The notes under the pieces were generated by a model. That model was not told where the DNA came from. It saw only the letters and a program-made list of their open reading frames with translations, and did no database searches. Position numbers and translations under genes: made by a program. This document shows, piece after piece, positions 57,468-64,000 of a DNA stretch of 64,000 nucleotides. The stretch spans positions 192,001 through 256,000 of the forward strand of contig JBHLOY010000002.1 in assembly GCA_048939995.1 (NCBI GenBank), read 5' to 3'. This DNA comes from Promethearchaeota archaeon (GTDB lineage Archaea > Asgardarchaeota > Lokiarchaeia > Sigyniarchaeales > SOKP01). The stretch's first letter is position 1, and each line of letters begins with the position of its first letter.

Positions 57468-59288
57468 CTACAGCTTTTTTTTTTTATCCTCTTCGATGTT
57501 TACTTCATGTTCAACATGAAACTTAACTTCTTCATCTACATCTTTTTTAACAATGATGTCCCTTCTCGTTTCGGCATATTTGTTCGGTTTTAGCTTTATT
57601 ACTGGTATTCCTATATAAATGTAGCCTGGCTCTAAAACTTGGTTTAGTGTGGTAATAGAGATAGCAGCAACAACCGTATCCTTTCCAACGATTGTTCCAG
57701 GGGCAATAGTTGTGTGACCTCCTACTAAAGCATAGTCATCTAGAATTATCCTAGAAATTATTAGATATTTCCCGATTACCATTGAGCTCATCAGATTTGC
57801 GCCTTGCCCAATCATTACTTTTCTCCCAAAATAGATAAACTCGCCATCGCACCATGCATCATATAGATAACTTGAATAATCCATTTTGATTCCAAACCAC
57901 TTAAAAGCAAGAGCATCAGCCCAAGGGATAGGGCAATTTCGCATTAGCCATAAAACAACTTTTTTTAACTCAGTACGCAAAAGCCAAAATTCGTAGTCCA
58001 TATCTCTGAGTTGAGCCAAAAAAATTCCTTCCCTAGGGCGATGAAATAAATTGACGAGGATGAGAAACAACTTACTATATAAAAAACAACCTAAAATGAA
58101 AGCAAAATATAGGAAGAATAACAGTGCGGGTAAGAAAAATACGAAGAGGATAGGGTTGGTTACGAACACTGTGTAGGTATAAAATAGGATCCCAACTTGT
58201 AATCCGCTAATCCAGAAGATAGGGAGATAAACTGCCAGAAATTTAATATTAATTCTACTAATTGCTGAGCTAGTAGTAAAATCAACAGTTAAATCTAATT
58301 CTTCATTTTTGATATCATCCTTCTGTTCTTCTTTTAATAATGGATTAGATTCACCTTGAAATTCGTTTAAGATTTTTTTCTTTTTATGCTTCTTGGATTT
58401 TTTATCAGGCACTAAAGTTTTTAAAGAAATCTTATTTTTATCCAATTCTTCTTGCGTTAAATTAAGATATCTCATGACTTTTTTATCAAATATACGTCTT
58501 AAGGGAATTCCGAAATAATAATTATGTTCTCCCTTTAGAACGCTATGCTTAGTGGCAGATGCCAAAGGTAATAGATAAGAATTATCTTTAATCTCTGTTC
58601 CAGGACCAATCTGATTGATCCCTGCTGTGGTAACATTATCTCCAACGTTGATTTGAAAGTATGCGATATTGCCAAAAATTCCTTCTACTAAGTGAGTAGC
58701 TAACGTCGAGCCTACAGCAAAATAACAATTTTTTCCTACAATTCCGAATTTATCATTTCCAACAGATTCCTCAAGTGTACTTCCCTTTCCAATAACCATT
58801 GAACCCACAAAATTAAATAGCCAATTAGAGAGCCATGGAAATAGTCCCTTAACGAACAAGTTCTTAGGATACTTAATGAGAAACGATCTAAGATGATAAT
58901 ATTTCTCAGTTTTACTTCTAATGTTACGTGGAATAATGCCACTTTTACTGGGGGACTTCTTTTCAGTATATCTCCATATTAAACGAGTGATTATTGCGAC
59001 AAATAATAATCTAATAAGGTAACATATAATCAAGACAATTGGCATCGTCAGAAATGCAATTAGCGGCTCAAGTTCGGTAAAAAGACTAACAATATCGGGT
59101 ATAGCTAAAAATTTTGGCAAAAAGAAAGCAAAAACATAGAACATAAATAGAGCGATGGGAACGAGAAAGGATGCTAAATAGATTGTTAATAAAATGACTA
59201 TAGCTGAAAAATATTGAACGCTTAGTTCTTCCCTCTGTACGGGAGGTTTTAACAGTTTAGATGCTTTTACTTGGGGTCTTGATTCCAT
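57468..59288 (-). CDS. fused TM-LbH modules A+B (second copy)
   Basis: Full-length paralog of 46163 with a basic/acidic linker. Confidence 0.82.
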   Translation of the reverse strand: MESRPQVKASKLLKPPVQREELSVQYFSAIVILLTIYLASFLVPIALFMFYVFAFFLPKFLAIPDIVSLFTELEPLIAFLTMPIVLIICYLIRLLFVAIITRLIWRYTEKKSPSKSGIIPRNIRSKTEKYYHLRSFLIKYPKNLFVKGLFPWLSNWLFNFVGSMVIGKGSTLEESVGNDKFGIVGKNCYFAVGSTLATHLVEGIFGNIAYFQINVGDNVTTAGINQIGPGTEIKDNSYLLPLASATKHSVLKGEHNYYFGIPLRRIFDKKVMRYLNLTQEELDKNKISLKTLVPDKKSKKHKKKKILNEFQGESNPLLKEEQKDDIKNEELDLTVDFTTSSAISRINIKFLAVYLPIFWISGLQVGILFYTYTVFVTNPILFVFFLPALLFFLYFAFILGCFLYSKLFLILVNLFHRPREGIFLAQLRDMDYEFWLLRTELKKVVLWLMRNCPIPWADALAFKWFGIKMDYSSYLYDAWCDGEFIYFGRKVMIGQGANLMSSMVIGKYLIISRIILDDYALVGGHTTIAPGTIVGKDTVVAAISITTLNQVLEPGYIYIGIPVIKLKPNKYAETRRDIIVKKDVDEEVKFHVEHEVNIEEDKKKKL

Positions 59289-59694
59289 ATAAAATATAGT
59301 CCTTTATCAATTATACTTTTTAATTAAGAAAAGATGTAATTTGTACTTTTACTAAATAAAATTATTATTTCAATAAAAACCTCTTTTACATTTCTTCTTT
59401 ATTTATAAAATTTAAAATAAAACGCTAAGCATCGACAAAAAAATAAGTAACCCTTAATTTCCATAATAGTGAAAAATATAAGAGTAAAATATTACCTATA
59501 TCATGAATTATTTTAAGATAATATTGTCAAAAACAGATAACCCTAATCAATCTCTTAATAAACATTATACCATAATTTTATATTATCATAAATCATTAAG
59601 TTCTAGTTAGGTTAAGGCAAATAAAATTATTAAATTATAATAAAAGCCGATAAAATTCAAATATTGATTGTAATCAAGCTTATGGAGGAATTAA

Positions 59695-61935
59695 ATGTCA
59701 GATAATTCTTTTTCATTGATGGATCTGCTTCCCAAATATGTTATTAATTCTAAAGGGGAAAAGAAAAAATTTGAGGAAGAGAATATTGCTAAAATCTTAA
59801 ACAAAGAAACTGGCTTGGATATACATATCGCCGAGAATGTTGCTGAAGATGTGATAAGGAAAATCATTGGTCTTGGGATTGAAGAGATTCGAACTAATTA
59901 TATCCGGGAATTAGTTTGCGTAGAATTAACTCGACGTGGATTAAACAAGCACAGAAATCTATTTGCACGTGCAATTAATTTAGAAAATATCTCATTTAAA
60001 TTAGATGAGAAATTCTTAAAAAAGTACAAAAATAAGCAACCTAATTGGGGCCCACTTGGATATATAACCTATAAAAGAACTTACGCACGAATTATTGAGG
60101 AAGAGAATCGAAAAGAAGAATTTTGGGAAACTATCCGTCGTGTCATTGAAGGATGCTATTCAATACAAAAGGAACATTGTATGAAATTGAGTTTACCTTG
60201 GAGTGATGAGAAAGCGCAGAGATCAGCCCAGAAAATGTTCGAAAAGGTTTGGAATTTCAAGTTCTTACCCCCTGGAAGAGGACTCTGGATGTCAGGAACT
60301 GAATTCGTCCAAAAAAATGGATCTATGTCTTTAAATAATTGTGGATTTGCTTCTACCGAAGACATTAATCGAAAATATTCGAAGGCTTTCGAATTTGTAA
60401 TGGATGCCTTGATGTTAGGTGTAGGCGTTGGATTTGACACTAAAGGAGCAGGTAAAATATTAATAAAAAAACCAAAAGAGGATAATTTTGATTTTCAAAT
60501 ACCAGATAGTAGAGAAGGATGGGTTGAGAGTCTAAGATTAGCTTTAGAAGCATATTTCTTAGGAAAGCAAATCCCAAATTATGATTTTTCACTCATTCGT
60601 CCTGCTGGAGAGCCAATCCGAGGATTTGGGGGTATTGCATCAGGACCAGGGCCGCTAAAAGAAATGTTAGAAGATATCAGAAACGTTTTAGAGAAAAGAA
60701 TCGGAAAACCTATTACTTCGGTTGATATCGTTGATATTATGAATTACATAGGTAAATGTGTCGTTGCTGGGAATGTGCGACGTAGCGCAGAAATTGCATT
60801 AGGTGATCCTACAGATTTAGAATTTGTTACTTGTAAACAAGATGAAAAAGCATTATATTCTCATAGGTGGGCCAGTAATAATAGTGTATTTGCTGTAAAA
60901 GGAATGGATTATTCATTTGTTGCCAATCAGATTGCCGTAAATGGTGAACCGGGTATTTTTTGGCTTGAGAACGCGAGGGACTATTCAAGGATGGGAGATT
61001 CTCCTGATTTCAAAGATAAGCAAGCCGCAGGAGTTAATCCATGCGGAGAACAAACTCTTGAATCATTTGAACTTTGTTGTTTGGTAGAAACTTTTCCTTC
61101 TAATCACGAAACTTATGAGGAATTCCAAGAAACATTGAAGTATGCCTATCTTTATGGAAAATCTGTTACATTGGTGAATACGCATTGGCCTGAAACGAAT
61201 GCAGTAATGCTTAAGAATAGACGAATGGGAATCTCCCAAACGGGTATAGCTGAAGCTTTTGTAAAACATGGGAGGCGGAAAGTGATTGAATGGTCTGATC
61301 GAGCTTATAAATATCTACGAGAATTAGATGAAGAATATTCGAATTGGCTTTGCATTCCCAAAAGCCTTAAGATTACTACTATTAAGCCCAGTGGCACCGT
61401 TAGCCTATTACCAGGTGTTACCCCAGGTATTCATTATCCTCATTCAGAATATTATATTCGGAGAATCAGATTATCAAAAAATTCTGATTTAATAGAACAA
61501 ATTCGCAATGCTGGATATCATATTGAAGAAGATCTATATTCTCCCAATACCGTAGTTGCAGAATTCCCTATCAAAGAGAAATATTATGACAGATCAAAAA
61601 AAGAAGTTTCAATCTGGGAACAAGTAGCTAATGCAATCGATTATCAATCAAAGTGGTCGGATAATCAAGTATCTATTACAGTTACATTTAATCCTGAAGA
61701 AAAAGAAGAAATAAAACGGGTTTTAGAGTTTTGTGAAGATAAGTTGAAAAGTGTAAGTTTTTTACCATTAGAAGAGCATGGTTATAAACAAGCTCCTTAT
61801 GAGGAAATCACTAAAGAACAATATAAAGAAAGAACTTCCAAAATAACTCCTTTGAACCTTAATGATACAAGAGACAGAGCCATTGGTGAGAAATTTTGTG
61901 ATTCTGAGACATGTGAAGTAAGGTTTGATTTATAA
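59695..61935 (+). CDS. nrdJ: class II (adenosylcobalamin-dependent, RTPR-type) ribonucleotide reductase with N-terminal ATP-cone
   Basis: TYKRTYAR, PPGRGLW, LNNC, VVAGNVRRSA, NPCGE, TTIKPSGT, C-terminal FCDSETC; VINSKGEKKKF ATP-cone-like start. Confidence 0.92.
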   Translation: MSDNSFSLMDLLPKYVINSKGEKKKFEEENIAKILNKETGLDIHIAENVAEDVIRKIIGLGIEEIRTNYIRELVCVELTRRGLNKHRNLFARAINLENISFKLDEKFLKKYKNKQPNWGPLGYITYKRTYARIIEEENRKEEFWETIRRVIEGCYSIQKEHCMKLSLPWSDEKAQRSAQKMFEKVWNFKFLPPGRGLWMSGTEFVQKNGSMSLNNCGFASTEDINRKYSKAFEFVMDALMLGVGVGFDTKGAGKILIKKPKEDNFDFQIPDSREGWVESLRLALEAYFLGKQIPNYDFSLIRPAGEPIRGFGGIASGPGPLKEMLEDIRNVLEKRIGKPITSVDIVDIMNYIGKCVVAGNVRRSAEIALGDPTDLEFVTCKQDEKALYSHRWASNNSVFAVKGMDYSFVANQIAVNGEPGIFWLENARDYSRMGDSPDFKDKQAAGVNPCGEQTLESFELCCLVETFPSNHETYEEFQETLKYAYLYGKSVTLVNTHWPETNAVMLKNRRMGISQTGIAEAFVKHGRRKVIEWSDRAYKYLRELDEEYSNWLCIPKSLKITTIKPSGTVSLLPGVTPGIHYPHSEYYIRRIRLSKNSDLIEQIRNAGYHIEEDLYSPNTVVAEFPIKEKYYDRSKKEVSIWEQVANAIDYQSKWSDNQVSITVTFNPEEKEEIKRVLEFCEDKLKSVSFLPLEEHGYKQAPYEEITKEQYKERTSKITPLNLNDTRDRAIGEKFCDSETCEVRFDL

Positions 61936-62031
61936 TCTAGATTTTAATAAAAAAAAAGTTATTAATAAGGAAAAAAAGATTAAAATTCTTCCTTCTCAAA
62001 GCGTATCATGCCCAAAAAAATATAAACTGAA

Positions 62032-62478
62032 TTAAATATATCTCGGTTTGTCTTTAGTTTCATTATAATAAGATTCAACTCCTATCTCTTTCATTCTATT
62101 ATTCATTTTTAGCCATCTTCGTTTAAGGTGTGGATCAAAATTAGTCTTGTCGCATGGAAATTCATCGCATTGAAAACAAAAATCAACCCTTTTCTCCTTA
62201 GAACAATCTTTAACTTGACAATCGGGGTAAATACAAGTTCCTTTTCTACAGCCATTGCAATTTTCTTTCGTGAAATAGGAAAGCAATTCTTTAAAAGAAG
62301 GATAATGTTTAAAGATGGGAAGAAAAGAAGAAAATCTTTCAGCATATACATCAAAAGAACCTAGTAAATTCAGAAGGGATGTGCTATTTTTCCGTATTTC
62401 TCCATTAGAATGAGCATAACATTTGTAGCAATTAAGCCCGCAAGGAGCAAGTCTTTCTAAAATTTCCTCATATTTCAT
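62032..62478 (-). CDS. DUF3795 family Cys-rich protein
   Basis: APCGLNC..C, C.GCR, C....C, CFQC.EFPC. Confidence 0.85.
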   Translation of the reverse strand: MKYEEILERLAPCGLNCYKCYAHSNGEIRKNSTSLLNLLGSFDVYAERFSSFLPIFKHYPSFKELLSYFTKENCNGCRKGTCIYPDCQVKDCSKEKRVDFCFQCDEFPCDKTNFDPHLKRRWLKMNNRMKEIGVESYYNETKDKPRYI

Positions 62479-62660
62479 AGTTTATTCCTCATTTCTATTT
62501 TTTAATTATCAATATATAATTAATGATTAATTAAAATTATAAATTGGAAAAAACTTCTTCTGATTAATAAGAATTTAAAGTAAAAATTAAAAACTATCCA
62601 AGAAATGTAATTTTTATTAATTAAGAATTTTATAAATTATGTTAAAATGAGTGATTTTTA

Positions 62661-63596
62661 ATGTCTGAAGAAGATCCAGTTGAAGAATTAGAACAATTGG
62701 CAGAAGAAAAAGAAGTAAGAGCTAAGCCAAGGACTACTCCAACAAAGAAAAAGGCAAAGAAGAAAACAACCACTCCTACAACAGCTGAAGGAGAAGTGAA
62801 AGCTACTAAACAAATTGTATTTAAGAAGATGCTTGTTAATTTTTGGCGTACTCGCCTTCATGATGAAGAACTAGGAGTCCATCAACAGTTGAAGTATCAA
62901 GCAAAAACTAGATGGTATTCCAAGAATTTTGATATGGAAGGTGATATTGAAGAGGATAATGAAAAGAAATATATAATAGCTTTTAGTAAAGAGCAATGGG
63001 AAGAATCTCCTTTAGAAGAGAAACGATTAGTTTGCCGCTTCTTTACAACTATGGAAGAATCATTGGAAAGTCGACCTAAAGGGGGAACTTTCAGGGGAGG
63101 CATTGAATTAAGTATTGCACATTCATTAATACAAAGCTATGAGATAAAACATGCTGCTCCTGTTTTTATAATGCAAATCCCTGGAACGATTAATTTAGTG
63201 AGATTAGTAAGAGGTTGGAGATTAATTGGAACCCGTTGGTCATTTCCTCTTTTACCCGAAGAAAAAGGCGATGAACTTCAAATAGTACGTGCAAGAGGTG
63301 TTGTCGGACCAGGCAGAAACTACAAAATCTACATAGGGAAAAAATTGATTGCTAGAATTGATGGTCATCCAATACAAAAAGAATTTGAAATCGAAATCTA
63401 TGATGAAGATTATGCAAAAGATAAAACCTTTCGTACTTATATGATTTTATTCGGGTGTGCTTGTAATTTTATGGACGGTGCTGATAAAATCATTAAAAGA
63501 CTTTATAAAAAGATGAAAAACACAGGAAGTAGCACCTATAAGCCTCCTAAGAACGAATTAGATCTTTTTAGGAATCCAAGAATGATGCGCAGATAA
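62661..63596 (+). CDS. hypothetical protein, possible LURP-one/tubby-like C-terminal region
   Basis: Low-complexity N-terminus; NYKIY...IARID.....FEIEI pattern. Confidence 0.55.
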   Translation: MSEEDPVEELEQLAEEKEVRAKPRTTPTKKKAKKKTTTPTTAEGEVKATKQIVFKKMLVNFWRTRLHDEELGVHQQLKYQAKTRWYSKNFDMEGDIEEDNEKKYIIAFSKEQWEESPLEEKRLVCRFFTTMEESLESRPKGGTFRGGIELSIAHSLIQSYEIKHAAPVFIMQIPGTINLVRLVRGWRLIGTRWSFPLLPEEKGDELQIVRARGVVGPGRNYKIYIGKKLIARIDGHPIQKEFEIEIYDEDYAKDKTFRTYMILFGCACNFMDGADKIIKRLYKKMKNTGSSTYKPPKNELDLFRNPRMMRR

Positions 63597-63644
63597 AATA
63601 TATTGACAAATTATAAAAAAATTTTTATTTTTTATATTTAAAAT

Positions 63645-64000
63645 TTAAGGTACATACTTTTTCTTCCATGCCTTATACCCTTTTGTTTCTTTTCCTCGAT
63701 AAATAGCAATTTTTCCGGTTTCTTTTTCATATGTTTTCTGTAAGGTCTCCTCGTCAGCATCTCTTAATTCTTCACGTTTAATTTCTTCTTCAATTTCATA
63801 TTCTTCCTCTATTCTTTTGACCCTCTTCAATACGGCATAAACGGCATGATTCCAAAGAGCGAAACCTATATATACTAAACCTACAATTATCAGAAGTATT
63901 ATACCAATAAGCAAAACCCATTCTCCCCAATTAAAATTAATAATAACAAATACCCATAATTCTCCAATCCAATTCCACAGGAATGAAGGTATAATGACAA
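63645..64000 (-). CDS. membrane protein, 5' end beyond window
   Basis: Frame of the 63645-63914 ORF stays open to the window edge with Trp-rich hydrophobic sequence; C-terminal YEKETGK.AIYRGKETKGY. Confidence 0.7.
   Translation of the reverse strand, partial: VIIPSFLWNWIGELWVFVIINFNWGEWVLLIGIILLIIVGLVYIGFALWNHAVYAVLKRVKRIEEEYEIEEEIKREELRDADEETLQKTYEKETGKIAIYRGKETKGYKAWKKKYVP

Noticed and set aside
59445-59550. Repeated TAACCCT(T)AAT words upstream of the RNR gene
   Set aside because: Only two short copies in AT-rich DNA and not an NrdR-box palindrome
1-64000. rRNA, tRNA, CRISPR arrays, IS elements
   Set aside because: No GC-rich structured RNA genes, repeat-spacer arrays or transposase ORFs seen

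Overview
AT-rich archaeal DNA whose gene content (LRR, longin-like, degenerate small GTPase, ubiquitin-like pathway, MvhG, CCG Fe-S proteins, probable Sec-containing peroxiredoxin) points to an Asgard archaeon, most likely Lokiarchaeia (inference). 1-25 kb is mostly metabolic, redox and transport genes plus two unannotated zinc-finger microproteins. 25-44.6 kb is the most unusual part. It is built from a repeated unit: 25-bp palindromic operator plus fixed-spaced TCTAAAAAT box, then a variable secreted-protein gene, a conserved GGAGGA/TCCTCC hairpin with T-tract, an orphan family-5 solute-binding protein, and a convergent DUF4097-like surface protein. Inside this array sit a multi-TM C8 RING-like protein, a pseudo-GTPase, JAB, E1, E2, a pro-ubiquitin-like protein and a tandem winged-helix regulator. 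The same operator/TATA unit lies directly upstream of the Ubl gene, suggesting an inducible ubiquitin-like modifier co-regulated with secreted proteins. 45-59 kb holds eight membrane-anchored left-handed beta-helix modules of three types (A, B, C), resembling a split version of the three C-terminal domains of poly-lysine synthetase Pls. They flank a GH3/ANL-type adenylating enzyme and a UGA-containing peroxiredoxin-like gene missed by the ORF track. The window ends with a class II ribonucleotide reductase. All family assignments are by motif recognition only; no searches were run.
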